Positions 1-10,700 of a stretch of 43,338 bases of DNA are shown in pieces. A program made the position numbers and the translations under genes. The stretch covers positions 1 to 43,338 of IMG/VR virus record IMGVR_UViG_3300029873_000010. One strand, given 5' to 3'. Position 1 is the first letter of the stretch. Every line of letters begins with the position of its first letter. Below the pieces are notes generated by a model that was given only the letters and a program-made list of their open reading frames with translations, had not been told where the DNA came from and did not search any database. This DNA comes from a virus.

Positions 1-98
1 GGTTTGCAAAAGGTATTGGATTTATTCGCCGATGCACCGAACGCCGAGTTGACCGCCCAATTGGAAGCGGTCAAAAAAAAAATAGATGAAGAATTGCA
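1..98. repeat. Terminal direct repeat copy 1 (identical to 43241..43338); assembly overlap of a circular or circularly permuted genome of about 43,240 bp
   Basis: Bases 1-98 (ggtttgcaaaaggtattgg...gatgaagaattgca) recur exactly at 43241-43338. The ORF open at the 3' end continues in frame into 1..450. Confidence 0.95.
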
Positions 99-450
99 AT
101 TGTATTTTCCTAAACTATTCGACGACGCCACGGTTAAAGAGTATTACGACCAATTGAAGCAACGCACGATGTTAATGTTGGATGCGATAATACAGGGGGA
201 CGAAAGCGACAAACGGGAAGAAATAGAACATATTACGACGTTGTTGTTGACTTATACAAAACCCCAATCGTTTAGCGGGTCGGATAGCATGGAAATACAA
301 TACGACAAGCAGTTTGAAAATATGTGTTTGATGTTGTCCCAACATTTGCACGTAAACCCAAAAACGTTTACCGTATTGGAGTATTACAGCGCATTTGAGT
401 ACATTAAACAGGCGACAAAGCCAAAGAACCCGAAATTAGGGCGAAATTAG
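1..450 (+). CDS. 3' portion of the junction-spanning gene (5' part at 42920..43338). Hypothetical protein in the tail-assembly-chaperone position.
   Basis: Same frame as ATG 42920 once the 98-nt overlap is removed. Stop TAG at 448-450. Lies directly upstream of the tape measure gene. No motif recognised. Confidence 0.6.
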   Translation, partial: GLQKVLDLFADAPNAELTAQLEAVKKKIDEELQLYFPKLFDDATVKEYYDQLKQRTMLMLDAIIQGDESDKREEIEHITTLLLTYTKPQSFSGSDSMEIQYDKQFENMCLMLSQHLHVNPKTFTVLEYYSAFEYIKQATKPKNPKLGRN

Positions 451-556
451 CCCGTTTCCGGCGTTGTTTGGTTCCGGTGAGTAAATTATATTACCGAGAA
501 AAGAAAATTGAAATACGGGCAAATTTCCCAAAAATAACAAAGTAATAATTGGCGTT

Positions 557-3500
557 ATGGCAGACAATAACAACCCGATAAAATATAGTGATTTGGTAAA
601 GCCGGATAATTCGATTACCGACCTTATCAACCAATTAGACCAACTTTCCGACGCCTATATGAACACTCTAAGCAATATAAAGAGTGAGGCAATAAGCGTT
701 CGGGCGGCATTGGCGGGCGTATCCGGAGCGACCGAGGACGGGCGCAAAACCATTAAGGGCGCAACAACCGATACCGACCGTTTGACCCGTGCCGCACGGG
801 ATTTGGCATTTGCGGAAAGCGAAAACGCAAAGCGGTTGGCAGAATTGAAGCAAGCCCAAAAGGAGGCAAACGAAATAAACAAACTTGTTGTCAAAATCAA
901 CCAATCCGCCGAGGGTTCATATAACAGGTTATCAGCACAATATTCCCTTAACAAAATCTTTCTTAACAATATGACAGTTGAGGAAAGGGAGGCGACCGAG
1001 GACGGGCGCAAGTTGGTTGCGGAAACAAAAGCGATATACGAGGAAATGAAGCGGTTGCAGGAAGCGACCGGGAAAACGTCGTTGAACGTGGGTAACTATT
1101 CCGACGCCGCAAAAGGACTGACAACCCAAATAGAGAACCAAACAAAGCAATTGGCGTTGTTACGTTTGGAGGGCAAACAGGGGACGGCGGAATACCAACA
1201 GTTGAGCAAAGAAACGGCAATGTTGCGGGATGCGGTCAAGGATGCGACCGACGAAATTACCCGCATGGCGTCGGATACGTCCAATTTGGATGCCGTGTTA
1301 GGTGCGGCGGCGGCGGCGTCCGGTGGCTTTGCAGCATTTACCGGGGCAATGGAATTGTTCGGGGCGGAAAGTGAGGACGTACAAGAGGCGCAAAAAAAGT
1401 TACAGGCGGTAATTGCTATTACGACCGGAGTACAGGCGATACAAAATGCCGTGCAAAAGCAATCGGCGGTTATGTTGGGTATTTCCCGTATTCAAATGGC
1501 GGCATTGAGCAAAGCGCAAGTTTATAACCGCCTTGTTACCATGCAGGGGACGAAGGCGACGTTGGCGGCGACCGTGGCGCAAAAGGCGTTCAATCTCGTT
1601 GCGTCCGCCAATCCTTACGTCCTGTTGGCTTTGGCATTAGTTACCGTTGTCGGGGCGTTAGTCCTGTTTGCGTCCAATACCGACAAATCGGCAAAGAACC
1701 AACAGAAGTTGAACGAAGCGCAAAAGGTTTGGTTGGACTATTTGGAAACCGAGGCAACCGAAATGAACCGAGTAAGCAACGAGCGTGTCGCCCAATTGAA
1801 CCGGGAATTGAACGTTGCAAAAGCCCGGAACGCTTCATTGTCCGAAACCCGAAAGATTGAGGACGAAATATTGGAGGAACGCACAAAGGCGCACAACAAA
1901 TCGGTCGGTTTTTACGGTCAAGAATTAGACGATTTAGAGGCGAACCGGGCAAAGTTGAAACAATTACATGAAATGTTATTGCAGGTCAACACAGCCAAAG
2001 CCCGTGGCGATAGTAAAATTAGAATTGACGTTGATTTGGACGGTACGATTGACAAAGTAAAGGTTGATGAAGCAATTGATGCAATACAGGGGCAAATTGA
2101 CAACGTGGGACGTGCCGTTAATATTGCCGTTAATCTGAAAACCGAGGGGGCGGAATTAGACGCCGAAAGGAAAATACAGGCGGCACAACGTCAACAGGAA
2201 AACCGAAACGCCGCCAAAGCGGAAACCGATATTTTGCGCAAAGCCGAGGACGCCCGGATTGCTTTAATAAAAAATTTGTTCGACCAACAGAGGGCGCAAC
2301 GTCAAGCCGCCAACGCCCGTGCCATTGCGGATATACAAATGCAGTTACGCACGGAGGTAAATTTGACAGTCAAAGCCCGCAAAGCATTAAACGACCAAAT
2401 CGTTACGTTACGGGAACAATTGGCGGTCGATATGGTCGATATTGCCAATAAGCAAAGGGCGGCGGAATTGGCGGCGGAACGCACCACACAGGACGCACGG
2501 TTGGCGTTAATGGCAGAGGGTGCGGAAAAGCAACGGGAACAATTGCAAGTCGAGTACACAAGGCAGATACAGGATATAACAACCCGGTTGGAAACCGAAC
2601 GGGGGTTGACTGAAAAACAGGTTGAGGAATTATTGACCCAACAAACCCTTTTGCAACAACAATACGCAAAAGAGTTGGGCGAATTGAACGACCAAATTAC
2701 AATCGACCAAATGCAGAAAGAAGCCGCCCGCACGCAATTACGGTTGGATGCCGCCCGTGAGGGTTCCGAGGAAGAGATAAAATTGCGTATCCAACTGTTA
2801 CAGCAACAACGGGCAATTGAATTGGCAGAAAATAGGCAGTTAGCCGAGGACGTCCGCCAATCCGAAGCGGATATAAACGCCAAATATGATGCGCAAGTAT
2901 TGAACGAAACCCGTACTTTGAACCAAGAACGGGCGTTGCTACTTTTTGACCAAATGCAAGCGTTGGAGGCGTCGGAATTTGATTTGATACGTAACAGCGA
3001 GGAACGCAAAACACGGTTCCGGTTAGACCAAGAAAAGAAGCGTTTGCAAAAGGTATTGCAGTTAAACGCCCAATATGGCGGTTTAATGACAGACCAAGAG
3101 GTACAGACCATAAAAAACACTATTGCCAAAATCGACCAAGAAATTGAAAAGAGCAAAGGGGACGAAAGGGGCAAAGATATTTACGGGCTGTTTGGTTTGA
3201 ATTTGGACGACGAACAAAAGGAGGCAATAAGTACGTCGGTATCGTTCGCAATGGAGCAATTGCAAACGTTTTTGGATGCGAAATTAGCCGCCGCCGACGC
3301 CGCCGTTACAGCCGCCGACAAAGAGGTTGACGCAACGCAACGCCGATTGGATGCCGAGTTAGAAGCGAGGGCGAACGGTTATGCCTCAAACGTGGTTGCG
3401 GCGCAAAAGGATTTGGATTTGGCACGCAAAACACAGGAAAAGGCATTAAAAGACCAACAGAAAGCGCAAAAGGCACAACAGGCAATCCAAACAATCCAAC

Positions 3501-4051
3501 AAATCGGAAACCTTGTAACGGCGTCCGCTTTGATTTGGTCGCAATTGGGGTTCCCATGGGCTATCCCGGCAATCGCTGTGATGTGGGGTTCATTTGCGGC
3601 GTCAAAGATTAAGGCGGCGCAATTATCCAAACAAGCGCAGAGCGGCGAGTCGGAAAGTTACGGCGACGGTACGGTTGAATTGTTGGCGGGCGGTTCGCAC
3701 CAATCCGGCAACGATGTTGATTTAGGAACAAAACAGGACGGAACCCGGAGGCGTGCCGAGGGCGGCGAGTTTTTCGCAGTTATCAACAAACGCAATTCCC
3801 GACGTTTTCGCAAACTTATTCCCGACGTAATAAAGTCGCTTAATAATGGAACGTTTACACGTAAATACATGGCGGCATACGACGGGGCAAACGGATTATC
3901 AGTAACTTTGCATAACGACAACCCCGATATTTCCGACCTTAAAAATGATGTTCGGGAAATTAAGGAGCAAAACCGCCGTCGTTCATTTGTGGACGGCAAC
4001 GGAAATACGATTGTATCATATAAAAATTTGAAACGTAAAATCAAAAGTTGA
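557..4051 (+). CDS. Tail tape measure protein
   Basis: 1164 aa. Long A/E/K/Q/R-rich coiled-coil stretches. Hydrophobic segments (PYVLLALALVTVVGALVLFA; ALIWSQLGFPWAIPAIAVMWGSFAA). Lies immediately upstream of the tail genes. Confidence 0.85.
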   Translation: MADNNNPIKYSDLVKPDNSITDLINQLDQLSDAYMNTLSNIKSEAISVRAALAGVSGATEDGRKTIKGATTDTDRLTRAARDLAFAESENAKRLAELKQAQKEANEINKLVVKINQSAEGSYNRLSAQYSLNKIFLNNMTVEEREATEDGRKLVAETKAIYEEMKRLQEATGKTSLNVGNYSDAAKGLTTQIENQTKQLALLRLEGKQGTAEYQQLSKETAMLRDAVKDATDEITRMASDTSNLDAVLGAAAAASGGFAAFTGAMELFGAESEDVQEAQKKLQAVIAITTGVQAIQNAVQKQSAVMLGISRIQMAALSKAQVYNRLVTMQGTKATLAATVAQKAFNLVASANPYVLLALALVTVVGALVLFASNTDKSAKNQQKLNEAQKVWLDYLETEATEMNRVSNERVAQLNRELNVAKARNASLSETRKIEDEILEERTKAHNKSVGFYGQELDDLEANRAKLKQLHEMLLQVNTAKARGDSKIRIDVDLDGTIDKVKVDEAIDAIQGQIDNVGRAVNIAVNLKTEGAELDAERKIQAAQRQQENRNAAKAETDILRKAEDARIALIKNLFDQQRAQRQAANARAIADIQMQLRTEVNLTVKARKALNDQIVTLREQLAVDMVDIANKQRAAELAAERTTQDARLALMAEGAEKQREQLQVEYTRQIQDITTRLETERGLTEKQVEELLTQQTLLQQQYAKELGELNDQITIDQMQKEAARTQLRLDAAREGSEEEIKLRIQLLQQQRAIELAENRQLAEDVRQSEADINAKYDAQVLNETRTLNQERALLLFDQMQALEASEFDLIRNSEERKTRFRLDQEKKRLQKVLQLNAQYGGLMTDQEVQTIKNTIAKIDQEIEKSKGDERGKDIYGLFGLNLDDEQKEAISTSVSFAMEQLQTFLDAKLAAADAAVTAADKEVDATQRRLDAELEARANGYASNVVAAQKDLDLARKTQEKALKDQQKAQKAQQAIQTIQQIGNLVTASALIWSQLGFPWAIPAIAVMWGSFAASKIKAAQLSKQAQSGESESYGDGTVELLAGGSHQSGNDVDLGTKQDGTRRRAEGGEFFAVINKRNSRRFRKLIPDVIKSLNNGTFTRKYMAAYDGANGLSVTLHNDNPDISDLKNDVREIKEQNRRRSFVDGNGNTIVSYKNLKRKIKS

Positions 4052-4052
4052 T

Positions 4053-6866
4053 ATGAACCCAAAATATAGATTTATATTATCGACAACGGGGAATATGTAC
4101 CCCGGCAACAATACAGATGAAAAGCCGGGTACATATATGAGTATCGCCGGGGTTATGACTGCAAATGCGAGTTATTACACGTCCGGCAAACTCTATGTAT
4201 CCGCAAATGTGGATATTATATTGCGAATGTTTACAACAACGAATACTTTTAATATCGTTGCTTTTGATAGTTCGGATAATCCATTGCGAGGCGCAAGCGT
4301 ATCAAGTAATGTAACGCAATTGGTATTACCTGTTAATACGTCTTATATTCGTTGTTGTTCTATTGATTCCCAACAATCACTTATTAACGTAATTGGCGGT
4401 TCGCAGGTATTCCCAACATACAAAGACGATTTAGCAAAGGATTTTGAGTTGGAAACAAACCAACGCTTTTACCGTGCCAAACTATCCGGGAAAATATCAT
4501 TTATCGGAAAGGATTTTGATTTGATAAATAATGCGGCTTTTGATTCGCCGTTTAATTTAATTATTCAATGGTCGCAAGATTACGGGCAAACGTGGTCTAA
4601 TTACTATATAAGTAAATTTGCTAAAACCGATTGTACATTTAATAACGACGGCAAAAAGGTAACATTTCAACCGGAAACGTTAGACGAATATAACGACGTA
4701 TTGGCGGGATTAGAAAAGGAATATAACATTATTCCGTTAGCCCCGTCAATTGAGCGAATATTGATTCAAAAACGCCCGTTAATTCAAATCTATATTCCCG
4801 GCGATAGTATTGTTTCGTGCTTTTTGGGTGGTTCGTATTGGGAACAGGATGCAAACGCCACGACCGACCGCAACGCACTTATCAATACATATCATTTCGC
4901 TTTGTGCAATCTATTAAAGGAAATAAACGTAACAGGTAGTTCAATCCCGAATGTAAATACCTTGTATGTTGGTCGTATGAGTTTTACAAGTGGTAACGTT
5001 TTTACGGGTACATTACGCCCCGATATTGCAAACGGTTATTATATTCGTGCGTCACAACAATATCATCCGCCATTTTGGGGAATTATCACGTATGAAATTG
5101 TACGGTCGTCCGATGGTGTTGTTTTGTTCAGTTATCAAAATGTAAGTCCCGGCAATCAACCATTTGATAATGCGGAGTTCGATTTTACCGCCGTTTCCGG
5201 TTCCGGTTCTTCGGGAACCCCACACGCAGAAATGACAACGTATAGTGTATATGCCCGGTATTTGTTAGATGTTACGACGATACGGGGATTAAATACATAC
5301 GAGTTGCCCGCCGATGATATTGTTGATTATAACCGAAACTATCGCCGGGCAATTGGGTACGCAATTGACGTTGGGTTTATTTCAAATGAACATTCAACCA
5401 CGCCGAGCGAATGGGGGCGACGGGATGACGGTACATATTTTCAACCGCCCTATACTATTTGGGGGCAAACATTTTATCCAATTGCCCGGTCAACGTGGCG
5501 TTATGCGTCTATATGGTTTGGATATTACATGTTGGATGAAAAACTTGAAGTGGAGGGACGCAAAACATATACATTGCGGGATGCGTACCCGGTTGGGTCT
5601 GTTATTCAATCATTACTCAATCAGTTTGCGCCCGGCATAACTCACAGAGAAACGCCGGAATATAGCCAATTTTTATACGGCGATACAAACCCGATTACCG
5701 GGTATAAATTCCGATTGTTTGTAACGCAAAAATCTAATATATTGGTTGGGGATTATCAGCAACCCGCACAAAAAGCCCCGGCAACCTTACAACAATTTAC
5801 CAATATGTTGCGGGATTGTTTCCGTTGCTTTTGGTATATAGAGGACAAAAAATTTAAGATAGAGCATATTAGTTGGTTCCGCAATGGTGGTTCTTATACA
5901 GCAAACCCGATTGTCGGAGCCGATTTAACGCAATTGGAAAACGTCCGAAATGGTAAAAAGTGGGGGTTTGCAACGTCCGAATATTCATTTGATAAAGTGG
6001 ATATGCCGGAACGATTTCAATTTAAATGGATGGACGATGTTACAACCGCTTTTGAGGGGTTGCCAATGCAGGTTATTAGTAACTATGTTACAGCCGGAAA
6101 AATTGAGGAAGTGAACGTGTCAAATTTCACGTCTGACGTTGATATGATGATATTAAACCCCGGGGAAATGAGTAAGGACGGGTTCGGACTTTTTGCGGCT
6201 GTAAATGCAAATGCGTTGTCAAATTATGATAGCGAATTATATCCGGGCTTTGGAGGAACGAGCGGAACGGACGGATTAACAACGCCTACTTATGGCGTGC
6301 GCCCGGAATGTACAGGACGGACGGCGGTTCTTACATTTGTGCCGTATAACAATGGGAGTGGAACCGCAACAGGACAAATTGTATTTTACAACAGTTCCGG
6401 GAATGTAATATCAACACAGGGTAATTTTGCCGCCGACGGTCAAACGAAGCAAATAACCGTTACAATACCAAATGCCGCAACCGCTTTGGGTTTGACTGTA
6501 ACCGGGTCTGTTTATGCGTCGGTTTATAGTCTTACGGTTCCAAGTCAATACGAATTACCATTTACGAAAACAACGGTAAACGGGGACAATTATTTTTTGC
6601 AAAATGGATTTTTAGCATTTATCAATTTGCAACCGAATTATTGGATATATGATTTACCCGCCCGACAAGTTCAAATAAACGGGTTCACCGTTAATGCGCA
6701 AGGAATAGAACGAAAGAAAAAGCAAACGTTAATATTTCCGGTTGATACAGACCCAAACCCGGTGCAATTGATAAAAACATATTTGGGAAATGGCGAAATT
6801 GACAAAATAAGTATAAATTTGCTTTCACGTTCAGCAAAAACAACTTTGAAATATGATACAGAATAA
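4053..6866 (+). CDS. Tail/baseplate structural protein (distal-tail-protein position)
   Basis: 937-aa ORF. Its ATG lies 2 nt after the TMP stop. The call rests on position; no catalytic motif recognised. Confidence 0.6.
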   Translation: MNPKYRFILSTTGNMYPGNNTDEKPGTYMSIAGVMTANASYYTSGKLYVSANVDIILRMFTTTNTFNIVAFDSSDNPLRGASVSSNVTQLVLPVNTSYIRCCSIDSQQSLINVIGGSQVFPTYKDDLAKDFELETNQRFYRAKLSGKISFIGKDFDLINNAAFDSPFNLIIQWSQDYGQTWSNYYISKFAKTDCTFNNDGKKVTFQPETLDEYNDVLAGLEKEYNIIPLAPSIERILIQKRPLIQIYIPGDSIVSCFLGGSYWEQDANATTDRNALINTYHFALCNLLKEINVTGSSIPNVNTLYVGRMSFTSGNVFTGTLRPDIANGYYIRASQQYHPPFWGIITYEIVRSSDGVVLFSYQNVSPGNQPFDNAEFDFTAVSGSGSSGTPHAEMTTYSVYARYLLDVTTIRGLNTYELPADDIVDYNRNYRRAIGYAIDVGFISNEHSTTPSEWGRRDDGTYFQPPYTIWGQTFYPIARSTWRYASIWFGYYMLDEKLEVEGRKTYTLRDAYPVGSVIQSLLNQFAPGITHRETPEYSQFLYGDTNPITGYKFRLFVTQKSNILVGDYQQPAQKAPATLQQFTNMLRDCFRCFWYIEDKKFKIEHISWFRNGGSYTANPIVGADLTQLENVRNGKKWGFATSEYSFDKVDMPERFQFKWMDDVTTAFEGLPMQVISNYVTAGKIEEVNVSNFTSDVDMMILNPGEMSKDGFGLFAAVNANALSNYDSELYPGFGGTSGTDGLTTPTYGVRPECTGRTAVLTFVPYNNGSGTATGQIVFYNSSGNVISTQGNFAADGQTKQITVTIPNAATALGLTVTGSVYASVYSLTVPSQYELPFTKTTVNGDNYFLQNGFLAFINLQPNYWIYDLPARQVQINGFTVNAQGIERKKKQTLIFPVDTDPNPVQLIKTYLGNGEIDKISINLLSRSAKTTLKYDTE

Positions 6867-7713
6867 TAATTTTAGCGTGTTACCGTGGTACACGTCAATA
6901 GACCAACAAAACCACCGGAAAAGTTACGCATACGGGCAAATATACCCGTTGTTTACCCCGGCAAATACAATGTTGCCTTTTCAGATTATGCGGACAACCC
7001 GTGCAAACGCCGTGTTATACGTCCGGTTGTATCGAAAAGAGGGTACATTGGTTGCGGATATAACCCAATACGCAAAGGATACCGGATTGCAGATTGTCCG
7101 GTTTGCGTCGTTGGGTTATGACGTTATTGTATATCCCGGCATATTGCCAATGCCATTAAACCAATTAGACGGGATTTATTACGCCACATTGTCGGACGGC
7201 GTGCAAACGTGGTTTTCTGAAATGTTTACCGTGGTGCAAGATGTTAGCGGATATTTAAAAATTGAGTGGTACGATTTGGAAAATGCCGTATTTGATGCCG
7301 GAACAATCGTGTACCAAAACCCACAATTTAAGAACGTTTTGTATTTTTGCACCGAGTTAGGGAAACCCGAATATCAATTTGAGGAAGAGGGCGAGGACAG
7401 GGACGGTTATTTTTTCCCGGAAAAACAAATTTCTGAAAAGACATACCGTTGTGTTTGTTTAGCCCCCGAATTTCTTTGCGATGTTATGCGATTTATCCGA
7501 ATGAGTGATTACGTTTTTGTAACTGACAAATACGGGCGGACATACGATTGCGACACATTTTTAATTACTCCAAAATGGCAAACGCAGGGCGATTTAGCAA
7601 GTGTTGAAATTGAATTTGAAACGGCAACCGTCGTTAAAAAAATAGGTCGTGGGGTATTGATAGCCCAAAAAGGCGATTACAATAACGATTACAATAATGA
7701 TTTTAATAAATAA
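6853..7713 (+). CDS. Tail/baseplate structural protein
   Basis: 286 aa. 14-nt overlap with the upstream gene. Ends in the D/N/Y repeat GDYNNDYNNDFNK. Confidence 0.55.
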   Translation: MIQNNNFSVLPWYTSIDQQNHRKSYAYGQIYPLFTPANTMLPFQIMRTTRANAVLYVRLYRKEGTLVADITQYAKDTGLQIVRFASLGYDVIVYPGILPMPLNQLDGIYYATLSDGVQTWFSEMFTVVQDVSGYLKIEWYDLENAVFDAGTIVYQNPQFKNVLYFCTELGKPEYQFEEEGEDRDGYFFPEKQISEKTYRCVCLAPEFLCDVMRFIRMSDYVFVTDKYGRTYDCDTFLITPKWQTQGDLASVEIEFETATVVKKIGRGVLIAQKGDYNNDYNNDFNK

Positions 7714-7718
7714 ACAAA

Positions 7719-10700
7719 ATGGCAAATTACACAAGTCTAAAAGATGCGATTGCGCAAGTTGTTAAAACGAATGGCAATCAAGAGATTACCGGAGCAATTT
7801 TGCAAAGTACGTTGTTATCTATTGTCAACGGAATAGGAGTAAACAGAACATTTGCGGGTATAGCGACGCCAACAACCGTGCCGGGAACCCCGGACGCAAA
7901 TGTTTTCTATTTAGCCGCCCAACCGGGGGCGTATGTGAATTTTGGTAGCAATGCAGTTGTTACCGATACCGTCCAAGTGTTTTATAACAATGCGGGCAAT
8001 ACGTGGAGCGCATGGACGTTGCCAATTGCGCCCCAACAAACGACGTATAATATAGCGGCGCAAGATAGTTTTTACCAAAATCGAACGTTAGACAAATCCG
8101 ACCGGGCAAAATGGGTTGCCGCATTTACCGGAGTAAAAGTCGTTTTCAATAACATTGTTCCCGCTAATTACCCCAATATACAGATTGCCGTTTCATTGGT
8201 GCGCCGCAATTCTGAAACAAACCACGAATTACGATTTAAGATAAATACGGGTTCGGGTTGGGCATATATTGGTTCTAATTGGAATGATACAAACAGCCCG
8301 GAAAATGCGAACGGCGGTGCAACGCCATACGATAAAACATTTGTTTATGGTACGGGAACCGTTCGGATACAGTGTGCAATTGATTGGTCGGCATTTATAA
8401 TCGGTGCGTCAATCTTTGTTGATGATGCGTTAGACGCAACCCCGTATTATGTATTATCGCCAAACAATGTTTTTTTGAGTGACTTAAATACATTTAATCC
8501 GGCAAATATTAACGTACCCGATAAGCAATCAAACATTGTCAATAATGGCGTTAAAACGTTTGTACCAAATTGTGCGAGCGTAATCGGAAATGTACCGTTG
8601 CCCGTTTATGTATTTAAGACGCCGTACAAACTTTCCGATAATCTTAATTATTTCTTTGAGATTGGAGCAAAAACAAGTTCAGCCAGAAAAGTTGGATATA
8701 AGACAATGACAATTTCGTTTTGGGGGCGAAACAATTCGACATGGAATTATTATACCCCGAAATTCTTTTGGAGCGACGGAAATATAACCCCGGTGCGTTT
8801 GTGTATTAGTTCTGACGGCTTTATTTGTATCGCCATAGGAGCCGACAACACGCCATTATCAACAACGTTGGGGGGCAACCTTGCGTTGTATATAAAAAAG
8901 GTTGGATTGGATGGGGTAGACAGCCGCGTTGTTATTCCCGCACCTATATACGACGGTTGGAGCATTTCCGGGATGCAAAGTTTGGATAACACATATACAA
9001 ATGTATTCCAAGCCGAAAACGGAAATAGTGGAGAACAACAAATGCAAAACGGATACCAAATAAAACCAACCCCAACGTCAGTTGCAACCACATTTACGCC
9101 ATTGGTTGCCGCCGATTTGGGTAGTTCAAAACATCCGGGTTATAAAATGAAAATTGCATTGCCCGCCGCTTTTACCCCGTCATTAAATGCGGCTTATCGT
9201 ATGCGCATACAGATAAAGGATATATCAAATAAAGGGTATGGCATTACAGAGGCAGTATTGGAATTTTGGGGGCGTTTATCGTCTAAAATCCAATACGGCG
9301 TAATTTACAAAGATGCACGTTTCCCAATGAGTGTGCGTGTTGGGTTAAATGGAACACGTTATTACGTGTTGTTAGATGGCGATTTGTGGGGTTATACCGT
9401 TGTTACAATACCGGAATTTACCGTCTATAACAATACGACGGTAAATAATGCGTTGCAAAGTGATTTTATTTTTGGTACATATACCGAGGACGAATTGACG
9501 GATTATGTAGAAGTATATACGCCCCCGGTTTATAAGACGGCAACCGTTGATTACGTCAATGATGCAATTGAAAATATAAATAGTGTTGTACAACCTGTAA
9601 AGGCAAAGAGTTACGCAATATTTGGTTCCTCAAAATCCACGACACGAAATGCTTATTCCGGTTGGTTGGCTTATTTAGTTGACGGTTTATTGACCCTTTC
9701 AAATAAGACAACTAATTTAATAACAACGGGAACCGTTACAAATCGTCCATATAACCAAAAGGCATTGACAAATACAGCCAATGGAATTGTTAATAAAAAA
9801 ATAACGGGGATTGGCAGTTCATTAACGTTTACCGTATTCGGTTCGCACGTTGATTTAGTGCAATTTATTGAACGGACAACCAATTATGCAACATTTGATA
9901 TTTACGATAATGATGTAAAAATTGGTTCGTTCAACAATCGTAATAAAACGATGTTAGGGCAACGTACACAAACATTCGCCGGAACGGGTGCGCAAAAGTC
10001 TTTTGTTATCGACCATTTGGATAGTTACAATTTTGCCGTTACGGTTAACGGAGCGACGCAAACGGTATCTATGAACCCCGGTTTGTCCGGCGGCGATTGT
10101 TACGCAGTTCGTACAATAATGACGTTTGCCCCGTATAATGACGGGCAACCCCGCCGTATATTGTATTTCCCGGTTGCCCCGGCGAATGGCGCAACAATTC
10201 AATTGACGTATAATGTAGGACGGGCAATTGGTTTTACTCAATCGGATTTCAACGAAGATGAAAACGGGAATACAGAAAGTGTAAACCCCGTAAATATCGC
10301 AAGCCTTACGGCGGATGCGGTTACACGTTTGGGTTATCCATTAAGTCCGGTTATTAACAACCCGGATGCGGTATTGCGTTTTTCATTTGACGCATACGGT
10401 ATGCACCGTATCAAAATAGTAATTACAGGCGGAACCAATCCGTATTTCGATTTTGATTTTGCGTGCGCCGAATTAAATAACTTTATGAACGCCGCATTTG
10501 GCGGGTATGATTTGGCAAGGGCTATTAGTGAAAGCCAATGGCACGATTGGCGATGCGTTCGTTATTTGCCTTATTTTGACGTTCTAATGTTGGAATATGG
10601 AACAAACGATGACCGTTACCAAATCGACCGGGTATTGGTTCGGGAACAAACATTTACGTTGGAGGAAATAAAGAACGTCAAGTTAAAGGAGGTTATTTAT

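Noticed and set aside
1-556. Canonical G/GT -1 frameshift for a tail assembly chaperone upstream of the tape measure
   Set aside because: No second overlapping ORF extends beyond the stop at 450 in the -1 frame. The only slippery tract (A10 at 73-82) leads straight to stops. A 106-nt gap separates the gene from the TMP start.
2302-3174. 290-aa minus-strand ORF, with many other minus-strand ORFs across 436-4062
   Set aside because: It lies antisense to the tape measure gene. Its Ser/Cys/Asn/Phe-rich composition is typical of the shadow of an A/E/K/Q-rich coiled-coil gene. It has no promoter or start context. The plus-strand gene is far longer and biologically coherent.
5314-5640. Nested plus-strand ORFs in alternative frames (5314-5640, 6885-7121, 12448-12639, 13158-13439, 23116-23593, 30138-30374, 32222-32613 and others)
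   Set aside because: They are fully embedded in longer genes with a better coding appearance. Their products are Arg/Gly/Pro-rich as expected for off-frame translation, and none has an independent start context.
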